From NCBI GenBank assembly GCA_036781285.1, contig DAIQBH010000004.1:5921-69920 (forward strand): a stretch of 64,000 bases of DNA, written 5' to 3'. Numbering within the stretch: the stretch's first letter is position 1; each line of letters starts with the position of its first letter. The position numbers and the translations under genes are program-made. Positions 51,006-61,643 of the stretch are shown piece by piece. Below the pieces are notes generated by a model. The model saw nothing but the letters and a program-made list of their open reading frames with translations, was not told the DNA's origin and ran no database searches. The DNA is from Thermodesulfobacteriota bacterium (GTDB lineage: Bacteria; Desulfobacterota; Binatia; UTPRO1).

Positions 51006-51827
51006 GTGACCGGGTCGCCGCTCCGGGTCGTGGCGTTCGAGAGCCGCCGCGCGGTCGAGATGGCGGCGCTCATCCGGAAGCAGGGCGGAGAGCCGTTCGT
51101 CGCCCCCTCGATGCGCGAGGTGCCGCTCGCCGAGCAGCCGGCGGCGCTCGATTTCGCGCGCGCGCTCGCGGCCGGAGAGGTCGACGTGCTCGTCTGCCTG
51201 ACGGGCGTCGGCACGCGGGCGCTGGTCGAGGCGGTGACCCCCGAGCTGCCGCGCGACCGCCTGACCGCGTTGCTCGGGAGGACGACGCTCGTCGCGCGGG
51301 GACCGAAGCCGGTCGCGGCGCTCCGCGAGCTCGGGCTCACTCCGGCGGTCATGGTGCCGGAGCCGAACACGTGGCGCGAGCTCCTCGCCGCGATCGACGG
51401 CGCGGGCGCCGTCGCAGGGAAGCGCGTCGCCGTCCAGGAGTACGGCGTCAGCAACCCCGAGCTGCTCGCGGGCCTGCGCGACCGGGGTGCGGTCGTCATG
51501 CCGGTCGCGGTCTATCGGTGGGCGTTGCCTGTGGACCTCGCGCCGCTCCACGAGGCGATCCGGAGAGTCGCGGCCGGCGAGGTCGACGTCGCGCTCTTCA
51601 CGAGCGCGACCCAGGTCGCGCACGTGCTCCAGGTGGCCGCGACGATGGACCTCCGGGAGCCGGTCGTCGCCGGGCTCGGCGCTGCGGTCGTCGGGTCGAT
51701 CGGACCGGTTTGCACGGCGGCGCTTCGCGAGGCGGACATCGACGTCGATCTCGAACCGTCGCATCCGAAAATGGGCGTGCTGGTGATCGAGACGCTGCGG
51801 AGCGTGCCGGCGCTCCGCCGGTCGTAG
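51006..51827 (+). CDS. hemD: Uroporphyrinogen-III synthase
   Basis: Family similarity over its full length, with a GTG start. Confidence 0.75.
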   Translation: MTGSPLRVVAFESRRAVEMAALIRKQGGEPFVAPSMREVPLAEQPAALDFARALAAGEVDVLVCLTGVGTRALVEAVTPELPRDRLTALLGRTTLVARGPKPVAALRELGLTPAVMVPEPNTWRELLAAIDGAGAVAGKRVAVQEYGVSNPELLAGLRDRGAVVMPVAVYRWALPVDLAPLHEAIRRVAAGEVDVALFTSATQVAHVLQVAATMDLREPVVAGLGAAVVGSIGPVCTAALREADIDVDLEPSHPKMGVLVIETLRSVPALRRS

Positions 51828-51872
51828 CCGTCTCTCGACGATTCCCGGCGGGACTGGCATTGTCCTCCCCCG

Positions 51873-52910
51873 GTGTCCGCTTCAACGCGATTCCTGCGGG
51901 CGTGTCGGCGCGAGCCGACCGACTGCACGCCGATCTGGATCATGCGCCAGGCCGGGCGCTATCTGCCGGAATATCGCGCCCTCCGCGCCCGCCACGGATT
52001 CCTCGAGCTTTGCAAGACGCCGCAGCTCGCCGCCGAGGTCACCCTCATGCCGATCGAACGGTTCCCGGTGGACGCGGCGATCCTGTTCGCCGACATCCTG
52101 TTGATCCTGGAGCCGATGGGTGTCGGCCTCGAGTTCGCGAAGGGCGACGGCCCGGTGATCCATCGCCCCGTGCGCTCGCGCGCCGACGTCGACGGGCTCG
52201 CCCGCGTCCCGGCGACCGAGGCGCTCGGCTACGTGCTCGATACCGTACGTCTCGTGCGCGAGCGGCTCGCCGGCCGCGTGCCGCTGATCGGATTCGCGGG
52301 CGCGCCCTTCACGCTGGCGTCGTACGTCATCGAAGGCGGTGGCTCGCGGCAGTATCGCCACACGAAGACGCTCATGTACGCCGAGCCCGACGCCTGGCAC
52401 CGCCTCATGGAGCGCCTGTCCGAGGCCGTCGTCGACTACGCGAAGGCGCAGGTGGCGGCGGGGGCGCAGGCGGTGCAGCTCTTCGACAGCTGGGTCGGCT
52501 GTCTCGGTCCCGACGACTATCGCACGTACGTCCAGCCGCACATGCGCGAGACCTTTCGCGCGCTCGCGACGACCGGAGTGCCGGTCATCCACTTCGGCAC
52601 TGGAACGGCGGCATTGCTCGAGCTCATGCGCGAGGCCGGCGGCGACGTCATCGGCATCGACTGGCACGTCGATCTCGCGGACGCCTGGAAGCGGGTCGGG
52701 TACGACGTCGCGGTGCAGGGGAACCTCGATCCGCTCGTGCTCTTCGCGCCGCCGGACGAGATCCGCCGGCGTGTCGCGCGGGTGCTCGAGGCGGCCAGCA
52801 GCCGGCCGGGACACATCTTCAACCTCGGGCACGGCGTGCTGCCCGAGACGCCGGAGGAGCACGTGGCCACGCTGATCGACGCGGTCCACACGCTCTCGGC
52901 GCGAGGCTGA
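51873..52910 (+). CDS. hemE: Uroporphyrinogen decarboxylase
   Basis: TPIWIMRQAGRYLPEY signature. Confidence 0.9.
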   Translation: MSASTRFLRACRREPTDCTPIWIMRQAGRYLPEYRALRARHGFLELCKTPQLAAEVTLMPIERFPVDAAILFADILLILEPMGVGLEFAKGDGPVIHRPVRSRADVDGLARVPATEALGYVLDTVRLVRERLAGRVPLIGFAGAPFTLASYVIEGGGSRQYRHTKTLMYAEPDAWHRLMERLSEAVVDYAKAQVAAGAQAVQLFDSWVGCLGPDDYRTYVQPHMRETFRALATTGVPVIHFGTGTAALLELMREAGGDVIGIDWHVDLADAWKRVGYDVAVQGNLDPLVLFAPPDEIRRRVARVLEAASSRPGHIFNLGHGVLPETPEEHVATLIDAVHTLSARG

Positions 52911-52917
52911 AGAGAGC

Positions 52918-53844
52918 ATGGCCGCGATCGACGCCGTCCTGCTGATCGCCTTCGGCGGGCCCGAGCGCATGGAGGACGTGCGGCCGTTCCTCGACAACGT
53001 GCTCCGCGGACGACCGGTGCCGCGCGAGCGCTACGAGGAGGTCGTGCACCACTACGAGCTGATCGGCGGGCGGTCCCCGCTGAACGAGCTCACGATGGCG
53101 CAAGCCGAAGGCCTCCGCGCCGCGCTCGCGGCCGACGGGGGTCCGACGTTGCCGGTGTACGTCGGGATGCGGAACTGGTCGCCGTACATCGCCGATACGC
53201 TCGCGCGGATGCAGGCCGACGGAGTGCGACACGCGCTCGGACTCATCCTGGCGCCCCATCGCACCGAGGCGAGCTGGCAGCGCTACATGGGCGCCGTCGA
53301 TGCCGGACGCGCTGCGCTCGGCGACGGCGCGCCCGCGATCACGTACGCGGGGCCGTGGTTCGATCACCCGCTCTTCATTGCGACGATGGCGGAGCGGACG
53401 CGAACGGCGCTCGCCGCGGCGCCGGACGCCGCGCTCGTCTTCACGGCGCACAGCATCCCGGTCGGCATGGCGGGCGAGTCGCCGTACGTCCGCGAGCTCC
53501 AGGTGTCCGCGCGGCTCATCGCCGAGGCGGCCGAACGGCGCGACTTCACGCTCGCCTACCAGAGCCGGAGCGGCGGCCCGCGTGATCCGTGGCTCGAGCC
53601 GGACATCAACGACGTGCTCCGCGATTTCGCGGCGCGGGGTGAGCGCGCGGTCGTGGTCGTGCCGGTCGGGTTCGTCTGCGACCACGTCGAGGTGCGCTAC
53701 GACCTCGACATCGAGGCGCAGGCGACCGCCGCCGCAGTCGGCATCCGGATGATCCGTGCCGAGACCGCCAACGATCATCCGACGTTCGCCCGCATGCTCG
53801 CCGCGGTCGTGCGGGCGGACGCCGCGCTCGTCGGCGGCGGATGA
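52918..53844 (+). CDS. hemH: Ferrochelatase
   Basis: AVLLIAFGGPE... and family similarity. Confidence 0.9.
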   Translation: MAAIDAVLLIAFGGPERMEDVRPFLDNVLRGRPVPRERYEEVVHHYELIGGRSPLNELTMAQAEGLRAALAADGGPTLPVYVGMRNWSPYIADTLARMQADGVRHALGLILAPHRTEASWQRYMGAVDAGRAALGDGAPAITYAGPWFDHPLFIATMAERTRTALAAAPDAALVFTAHSIPVGMAGESPYVRELQVSARLIAEAAERRDFTLAYQSRSGGPRDPWLEPDINDVLRDFAARGERAVVVVPVGFVCDHVEVRYDLDIEAQATAAAVGIRMIRAETANDHPTFARMLAAVVRADAALVGGG

Positions 53845-53848
53845 CCTG

Positions 53849-55261
53849 ATGACGGCGCGCCCGCGCGACGTGGTGGTCGTCGGCGGCGGCATCAGCGGGC
53901 TCGCCGCCGCCCATCGGGTGCGCGAGCGCGATCCGGCGTGCCGTGTGACGGTGCTCGAAGCCGGCGACCGCCTGGGTGGGGTCATCGCGACCGAGCATAC
54001 GCAGGGATTCCTGGTCGAGTGGGGGGCCGATTCGTTCCTGACCGAGAAGCCCTGGGCCATGGATCTCGTCCGCCGGCTCGGCATGGAGGATCGGCTCGTC
54101 CGGACGCGCGACGAGGAGCGTCGGACCTTCGTGGTGCACGACGGCGTCTTGCATCCGCTCCCCGAAGGCTTCCTCATGATGGCGCCGACGCAGCTGGCGC
54201 CGGTCCTCGGGTCGCGCCTCTTCACGCTGACGGGCAAGCTGCGGATGGCGCTCGACCTCGTCCTGCCGCGCCGGCCGGCGGGCGACGACGAGAGCCTGGA
54301 CGCGTTCGTCCGCCGCCGTCTCGGCGCCGAAGCGCTCGAGCGCGTGGCGCAGCCGCTCGTCGGCGGCATCTACACCGCGGATCCGGCGCATCTCAGCCTC
54401 GCTGCGACCATGCCGCGCTTCCTCGAAATGGAACGCCGGGACCGGAGCGTCATTCTCGCCATGCGCCGGCAGGCGAAGGCCGCCGCCGCACGCGACAGCG
54501 GCGCGCGCTGGAGTCTCTTCGCGAGCTTCGCCGACGGCATGCAGACGCTCGTCGACACGCTCGCACGCCGCCAGCCGGAGGGAGCGATCCGCCTCGGCGC
54601 GCGCGTGACGTCGCTCGCGAGGACCACCGAGGGCGGCTACCGGCTCGCGCTTGCCGGCGGCGACACCGTCGAGGCGTCGCACGTCGTGCTGGCGCTTCCC
54701 GCGTACGCCAGCGCCGAGCTCCTGCGGCCGCACGATGCGGCGCTCGCCGACGCGCTCGACGGCATCGTCTACGCCTCGTCGGCGATCGTGACCCTCGCGT
54801 ACGCGCGTACCCAGATCCGGCATCGCCTCGACGGGTTCGGGTTCGTCGTGCCGGCGATCGAGCGGCGCCGGATCATCGCGGGGAGCTTTTCCAGCGTGAA
54901 GTACGCGGGTCGCGCGCCGGCGGGACAAGTGTTGCTGCGGGCGTTCGTCGGTGGCGCGCTCGCCGAGGACCTCGCCCGACTTCCGGACGCGGAGCTCGTG
55001 GCGCTCGCCGAGGCCGAGCTCGGCGACCTCCTCGGGATCCAGGGCGCCCCGAACCTCGTGCGGGTCGCGCGTCACGCTCGCGCGATGCCGCAGTACCACC
55101 TCGGCCACCTCGCGCGCGTGGCGGCGATCGAGACCGCGGCCCGGAGGCTCGGCGGCCTGGCACTCGCCGGCAACGCCTATCGCGGCGTCGGCGTGCCCGA
55201 CTGCATCCACGGCGGCGAGGAGGCGGTCGACAGCCTGTTCGATGATCCGCAGCCGGGTTAA
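53849..55261 (+). CDS. hemY: Protoporphyrinogen oxidase (HemY/PPOX type)
   Basis: VVVVGGGISGLAAA FAD fold. The ATG is 5 nt after the hemH stop. Confidence 0.85.
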   Translation: MTARPRDVVVVGGGISGLAAAHRVRERDPACRVTVLEAGDRLGGVIATEHTQGFLVEWGADSFLTEKPWAMDLVRRLGMEDRLVRTRDEERRTFVVHDGVLHPLPEGFLMMAPTQLAPVLGSRLFTLTGKLRMALDLVLPRRPAGDDESLDAFVRRRLGAEALERVAQPLVGGIYTADPAHLSLAATMPRFLEMERRDRSVILAMRRQAKAAAARDSGARWSLFASFADGMQTLVDTLARRQPEGAIRLGARVTSLARTTEGGYRLALAGGDTVEASHVVLALPAYASAELLRPHDAALADALDGIVYASSAIVTLAYARTQIRHRLDGFGFVVPAIERRRIIAGSFSSVKYAGRAPAGQVLLRAFVGGALAEDLARLPDAELVALAEAELGDLLGIQGAPNLVRVARHARAMPQYHLGHLARVAAIETAARRLGGLALAGNAYRGVGVPDCIHGGEEAVDSLFDDPQPG

Positions 55262-55270
55262 GAAGCTGGC

Positions 55271-56233
55271 ATGATCCGAACCCCGCTCTGCGATCTGCTC
55301 GGCATCGAACACCCGATCATGCTCGCGGGCATGGGCGGGGTGTCCTATTCCGCGGTGACGGCGGCGGTCTCGGAAGCCGGCGGCTTCGGCTGCCTGGGTG
55401 CCGCGATCATGCACCACGAGGAGATGAAGCGGGAGATCGCGGCCGTGCGGGCCGCGACGACGAAGCCGTTCGGTGTCGACCTGCTGACCGCGAGCCCGCG
55501 CGATCTCGTCGCCATGGTGGAGACCATCTGCGAGTCGGGCGCGAAGGCGTTCGTCGCCGCGCTCGGCGTCCCGACGCAGGTCGTCGATCTCTGCCACCGC
55601 CACGGGCTCCTCGTCGTGAACATGTGCGGGAAGGTGAGCCACGCGGTCCGAGCGGTCGACGCCGGCTGTGACATCGTCGTCGCGCAGGGCACCGAGGCGG
55701 GCGGCCACACCGGCACGATCGCGACCCTGCCGCTGGTGCCGCTGATCGTCGACGCCGTGAAAGTCCCCGTCGTCGCCGCCGGCGGCATCTTCGACGGCCG
55801 CGGTCTCGTCGCGGCGCTGGCGCTCGGGGCGCAGGGCGTCTGGATGGGCACTCGCTTCATCGCGTCGACGGAGGCTCGGGCCCACGCGTCCTTCAAGGAC
55901 AAGATCGTCGCGATCGACGAAGCGGGAACGGTCATCACGCGCTGCTACAGCGGGAAGACCATGCGGGCGATCCGGACGCGCTATACCGACGACTGGGAAG
56001 GGCGGAAAGACGAGCTCCAGCCGTTCCCTTTCCAGGCGGCGCGCGCGACCCAGGACGGCGTCTGGAACATCGGGGCCGGACCGTCCGCCGGCTTCGATCC
56101 CGACCGGGACTGCATGCCGACCGGCCAGAGCGCCGGGGGCATTACGGAAGTCCGGCCGTGCCGTGACATCGTTCGGGGCATCGTGGCCGAGGCGGAGGGG
56201 ATCCTGCGCGACCTGCCGCGGCCAGTCGCATAG
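55271..56233 (+). CDS. Nitronate monooxygenase / FabK-like FMN oxidoreductase
   Basis: NMO family (GIEHPIMLAGMGGVS...VVAAGGIFDGRG). Confidence 0.8.
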   Translation: MIRTPLCDLLGIEHPIMLAGMGGVSYSAVTAAVSEAGGFGCLGAAIMHHEEMKREIAAVRAATTKPFGVDLLTASPRDLVAMVETICESGAKAFVAALGVPTQVVDLCHRHGLLVVNMCGKVSHAVRAVDAGCDIVVAQGTEAGGHTGTIATLPLVPLIVDAVKVPVVAAGGIFDGRGLVAALALGAQGVWMGTRFIASTEARAHASFKDKIVAIDEAGTVITRCYSGKTMRAIRTRYTDDWEGRKDELQPFPFQAARATQDGVWNIGAGPSAGFDPDRDCMPTGQSAGGITEVRPCRDIVRGIVAEAEGILRDLPRPVA

Positions 56234-56352
56234 CGGGCTTTCTCATCGCGCGCCGTACGCGCGCTTTCTCCCGGGCCGGCCGTATCGCACCCGCAAGATT
56301 TCCTTGCCCAGGACGGGGGCGGTTTGCGATACCAGGGCCGGAGGTACGGCCC

Positions 56353-56784
56353 ATGAAGACGCTCCGGGAAGTCATGCGAGCAGGCTTCATTTTCGCACTC
56401 CAACGCACCGCTTCGGTCGCCGAAGCCGCCCAGATGATGGAGACCCACAACGTCGGCATCGTGGCGGTCCTCGACGGGGAGCGGTTGGTCGGCGTGTTCT
56501 CCGAGCGCGACGTCGTTCGCCGCGTGCTCAATCACGGCAAGGATCCGCTTCGCACGGCGGTCGGTGACGTGATGACCGCGAATCTCGTGGTCGCGGCACC
56601 GGACGACGACTACCAGGCCGCGATGCGCGTGATGGACCAGGCGAACATCCGTCACCTGCCGGTCGTCGACGAGGGGCGCATGGTTTCCATGCTCTCGATC
56701 CGCGACCTGATGCGCGTCGACATGGCCCGGCTCACGGAGGAGATCCGCTACCTCCACGAGTACATGTACCAACTGCCTCACTGA
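56353..56784 (+). CDS. CBS-domain pair protein
   Basis: Two CBS motifs (GIVAVLDGERLVGVFSERDV; HLPVVDEGRMVSMLSIRDL). Confidence 0.8.
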   Translation: MKTLREVMRAGFIFALQRTASVAEAAQMMETHNVGIVAVLDGERLVGVFSERDVVRRVLNHGKDPLRTAVGDVMTANLVVAAPDDDYQAAMRVMDQANIRHLPVVDEGRMVSMLSIRDLMRVDMARLTEEIRYLHEYMYQLPH

Positions 56785-56881
56785 TTCCGGATCGCCGGTC
56801 GCCAGCCCGCATGGCGCGTCGCGTTGCGGCATTCGTTTGGTCAGCTAGAATCCGCACGCGCTCAAGAAAGGATACGACGCC

Positions 56882-58174
<1,293 letters not shown>

Positions 58175-58199
58175 GGCGGAGGGTAGAAGCGGGATCGCG

Positions 58200-58277
58200 T
58201 TACTTGATGATGAAGTACGCGACGGCGACGATCATGGCGCCGCCCGCGATACCCAGCGCAACGAACAGGCCTTCCAT
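58200..58277 (-). CDS. Candidate 25-aa hydrophobic micropeptide (MEGLFVALGIAGGAMIVAVAYFIIK)
   Basis: Perfect GC3 codon usage, a TAA stop, a single TM helix and a weak AGGA 3-4 nt upstream. It lies between gltA and the amidase. Confidence 0.3.
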   Translation of the reverse strand: MEGLFVALGIAGGAMIVAVAYFIIK

Positions 58278-58325
58278 GGGTCCTGGTTCTACACCTCTCG
58301 GTCCATCGAGCAAGCCATTTCGCAT

Positions 58326-59753
58326 ATGATCGACGCGGCGTTCACCCCTGCATGGCAACTCGCGGACGCGATCCGTAACGGCGAGTTGTCGCCCGTGGAA
58401 CTCGTGCAGTCGTGCCTGGATCGCATCGATGCATTGAATCCGTCGATAAATGCCTTTGTGGCCGTGCGCCGTGAGGAAGCGCTCGAGGAGGCTGCTGCAC
58501 TGCAGCGTCGGATCGTGGCCGGAAAGCGCCTGGGGCCTCTCGCAGGCTTGCCGGTCGGCGTGAAGGATCTGGAGGACGTGGCGGGCCTGCCGACGACCTA
58601 CGGCTCGGTGCCGTTCAAGGACTACCGTCCCGTCCATGACTCGGTGCAGGTCGCGCGGCTCAAGACGGCCGGGGCGATCATTCTCGGCAAGACCAACACG
58701 CCCGAGTTCGGCTTCACGGGGCTCACGAAGAACCTGCTTTTCGGCGTGACGCGGAATCCCTGGAACCTCGAGCGAACACCCGGCGGCTCGAGCGGCGGCT
58801 CGTCGGCGGCGATCGCCGCCGGCATGGTGCCGCTCGTGACGGCGTCGGACGGCGGCGGCTCGATCCGCATCCCGGCTTGCTACGTCGGCGCCTACGGCCT
58901 GAAGCCGACCTTCGGCCGCATTCCCGTGGGGCCGTTGCTCGCCGAGCGGCCGATGCTCTCGTGGATCGACACCGTCTGTTACGGACCGCTGACGCGCACG
59001 GTTCGCGACGCCGCCCTCTTCATGGACGTGGTCGCCGGTCCCGATCCGTCCGATCCGGAAACGCTTCCGCCGCCGGGACTCTCGTACGTCGAGACGCTCG
59101 AGGCGCTGCCGGGGAAGCTCCGCATCGCCGTGAGCCCCGATCTCGGCTATGCGCGCGTGCAGCACGACGTGTGGCGCGAGGTCGCGGCGGCCATCGACGT
59201 CTTCCGCGCGCTCGGCCACGAGGTCGAGACGATCGACGAGGTCTTTCCGGATCTCGGCGTCGAATGGGCGCTCGTGTCCGCGGCGGAGAACTACGGCGTG
59301 CTCTCGGATCGCATCGAGGCGCACCGCGAGTCGTGGGGCCGCGCGTTCTACCAGGGGTTGCAGCAGGGGAAGGGGATCACGCCGGACTTCATCGGTCGGG
59401 CGCAACGGAAGCGCGCCGAGCTGCACGCGTGTCTCACGAGGATCTTCTCGCGCTACGCGCTCTTGCTCACGCCGACGCTGCCGACCGAGGCGTTCGGCGC
59501 GGCGGGGCCGTTTCCCGATGCGATCGACGGCGAGCCGATCACGTCGGCGCTCGGCGCGGTCGCGTTCACGTACCCGTTCAACTTCTCGGGTCACCCGGCC
59601 GCGACCGTCCGCGCCGGGTTCACGGACGCCGGGCTGCCGGCCGGGCTCCAGATCGTCGGGCCGCGCTTCCGCGACGAGCTCGTCCTCCAGGCATCGTACG
59701 CCTACGAGCAGGCGCGTCCGTGGAACGACCGGTGGCCGGAGCTCGCGGCGTGA
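58326..59753 (+). CDS. Amidase-signature family amidase
   Basis: The GGSSGGSSAAIAAG signature with the Ser-cisSer-Lys triad context. Confidence 0.85.
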   Translation: MIDAAFTPAWQLADAIRNGELSPVELVQSCLDRIDALNPSINAFVAVRREEALEEAAALQRRIVAGKRLGPLAGLPVGVKDLEDVAGLPTTYGSVPFKDYRPVHDSVQVARLKTAGAIILGKTNTPEFGFTGLTKNLLFGVTRNPWNLERTPGGSSGGSSAAIAAGMVPLVTASDGGGSIRIPACYVGAYGLKPTFGRIPVGPLLAERPMLSWIDTVCYGPLTRTVRDAALFMDVVAGPDPSDPETLPPPGLSYVETLEALPGKLRIAVSPDLGYARVQHDVWREVAAAIDVFRALGHEVETIDEVFPDLGVEWALVSAAENYGVLSDRIEAHRESWGRAFYQGLQQGKGITPDFIGRAQRKRAELHACLTRIFSRYALLLTPTLPTEAFGAAGPFPDAIDGEPITSALGAVAFTYPFNFSGHPAATVRAGFTDAGLPAGLQIVGPRFRDELVLQASYAYEQARPWNDRWPELAA

Positions 59754-60745
59754 CGGAGAACGCATTCCGCATCGGCTCCGTCGTCGTCGCGCCGAACGTC
59801 GTGCTGGCGCCGATGTCCGGCATCACCGACTCGGCCTACCGCTCGATCGTGAAGGAGCAGAACCCGGGTGCCGTCGGGCTCGTCGTGACGGAGCTCGTCA
59901 GCATCGAGGCGCTGACGCGGCAGAACCTCCGCACCAAGAACATGATGCGCTTCCGGGATCTCGAGCGGCCGATTTCGATCCAGCTCTTCGGTGCCGATCC
60001 CGGCCGCATGGCCGACTCCGCCCGCATGGCCCAGGATCTCGGTGCCGACGTCGTCGATGTCAACTGCGGCTGTCCCGCGCCGAAGGTCACCAAGCGCGGC
60101 GGCGGGGCCGAGCTCATGCGACGCCCGAACGTGCTCCAGGACATCTTGCAGGCGCTCCGGCGCACGCTGACGATCCCGTTCACGGTGAAGATCCGCGCCG
60201 GCTGGGACGACGGTTCGCGGAACGCCGTCGAGGTCGCGCGCATGGCCGAAGGGGAGGGCGTGCAGGCGATCGCCGTTCACGGCCGTACCCGCACGCAGCT
60301 CTACACTGGCGAGGCGGACTGGGACCTCGTCGCGCGCGTGAAGCAAGCCGTGCAGGTCCCGGTGATCGGCATCGGTGACATCACGACCGCGGCCGGCGCG
60401 CTCACGCGGCTGCGCGAGGCCGGCGTCGACGGCGTCATGGTGGGTCGTGCGACCCTCGCGCACCCGTGGATCTTCCGCGAGATCGACGCATTGCAGCGGG
60501 GCCTGCCGATCGTCCCCGTCACCGTTTCCGAGCGCTTCGGCGCAGTCGATCGCCTGATCCAGCGCCTCGAGGCCGAGCTTCCTCCCACCGCGGCACTCGG
60601 GCGCTCGCGCGGGCTCGCATGTCGGATGGTGAAGCACCTGCGCGGCGGCGCCGAGCTCCGCGTGGCCCTCACCAGGGCGCCGACGACGACCGCCATGCGC
60701 GAGATCCTCGCCGCCCAAAGCCTTGTGTACGAGTCCGCAGCGTAG
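59750..60745 (+). CDS. dus: tRNA-dihydrouridine synthase (DusB-like)
   Basis: VLAPMSGITDSAYR...VDVNCGCPAPKV. The GTG is in a GTGA overlap with the amidase stop. Confidence 0.85.
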   Translation: MTENAFRIGSVVVAPNVVLAPMSGITDSAYRSIVKEQNPGAVGLVVTELVSIEALTRQNLRTKNMMRFRDLERPISIQLFGADPGRMADSARMAQDLGADVVDVNCGCPAPKVTKRGGGAELMRRPNVLQDILQALRRTLTIPFTVKIRAGWDDGSRNAVEVARMAEGEGVQAIAVHGRTRTQLYTGEADWDLVARVKQAVQVPVIGIGDITTAAGALTRLREAGVDGVMVGRATLAHPWIFREIDALQRGLPIVPVTVSERFGAVDRLIQRLEAELPPTAALGRSRGLACRMVKHLRGGAELRVALTRAPTTTAMREILAAQSLVYESAA

Positions 60746-60859
60746 TGTAATCGCATCGCACATCGCCACCGCGACTCACGCGCGTGGCGTCCGTTCAGAC
60801 ACCTTGTTTCCCCACACACGGTGCGAGCGCACCGTCAACGTAGCAAGGAGGTTTCGAGC

Positions 60860-61129
60860 ATGCGCACAGCGTTGCTGAGTGTCGTGGCGGGCGTTCTGAT
60901 GCTGGCCGTCGCGACCCCGGGTTTCGCGGGTGACGTGAACTGCGGGATCGTCATGAAGTCGGTGAAGATGGGCCGGTCGGCCCAGGACATCGCCGACACG
61001 ATGCTGATTTCGACGGCGGACGTGGAGAAGTGCAAGAAGGAGGCAGAGGCGGCTCCCAAGGAAGGGCAGCCCGCCAACGCCGAGAAGCCGGCGGCCGAGA
61101 AGGCACCGCCGGCCGATCCCGGGCACTGA
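60860..61129 (+). CDS. Small secreted protein (89 aa)
   Basis: Signal peptide MRTALLSVVAGVLMLAVATPGFAG with an AAGGAGG RBS. Confidence 0.5.
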   Translation: MRTALLSVVAGVLMLAVATPGFAGDVNCGIVMKSVKMGRSAQDIADTMLISTADVEKCKKEAEAAPKEGQPANAEKPAAEKAPPADPGH

Positions 61130-61151
61130 GCGCCGCGGGATCGACGAAGTA

Positions 61152-61185
61152 GACGGGCCGAGGATCGCGGGATCCTCGGCCCGTC
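61152..61185. terminator. Bidirectional terminator with a perfect 15-bp stem
   Basis: GACGGGCCGAGGATC-gcgg-GATCCTCGGCCCGTC then GCGTTTC. Confidence 0.55.
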
Positions 61186-61190
61186 GCGTT

Positions 61191-61631
61191 TCAGGAGCTC
61201 AGCATGTGCGAGATGCGGTGCTCGATGCCCCGCTGGTGCATCTGAGCTCGCAATCGCGCGAAGAGCTCGACCTTGTTGATCGGCTTGGTGAGGAACTCGC
61301 TCACCCCGAGCCGCATGCCGACGACGCGTGTCTCCATGTCGTCCTTGGCGGTCAGCAGGATGATTGGAATGCCGCGTGTCCGGTCGTTGCCTCGCAGGGC
61401 CTCGCAGACCTGGAAGCCGTCCATGTCCGGCATCATGACGTCGAGGAGGATGACGTCGATCGGGTGTGCGTCGGTGATCGTCAGCGCTTCGCGCCCACCG
61501 TGGGCGCAGTGCACGACGAAGCCTTCCTTCGTCAGCAGGCGATTCAGGATGTCGACCGCGTTCCGATCGTCGTCGACGACCAGCACGGTCCCCCCACTCT
61601 CCGACTCCGTCCCCACGGGCTTCACGTCCAT
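61191..61631 (-). CDS. Stand-alone response-regulator receiver domain
   Basis: VLVVDDD...ILLDVMMPDMDGF...TAKDD. Confidence 0.85.
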   Translation of the reverse strand: MDVKPVGTESESGGTVLVVDDDRNAVDILNRLLTKEGFVVHCAHGGREALTITDAHPIDVILLDVMMPDMDGFQVCEALRGNDRTRGIPIILLTAKDDMETRVVGMRLGVSEFLTKPINKVELFARLRAQMHQRGIEHRISHMLSS

Positions 61632-61643
61632 CTCCGCTCTCCC

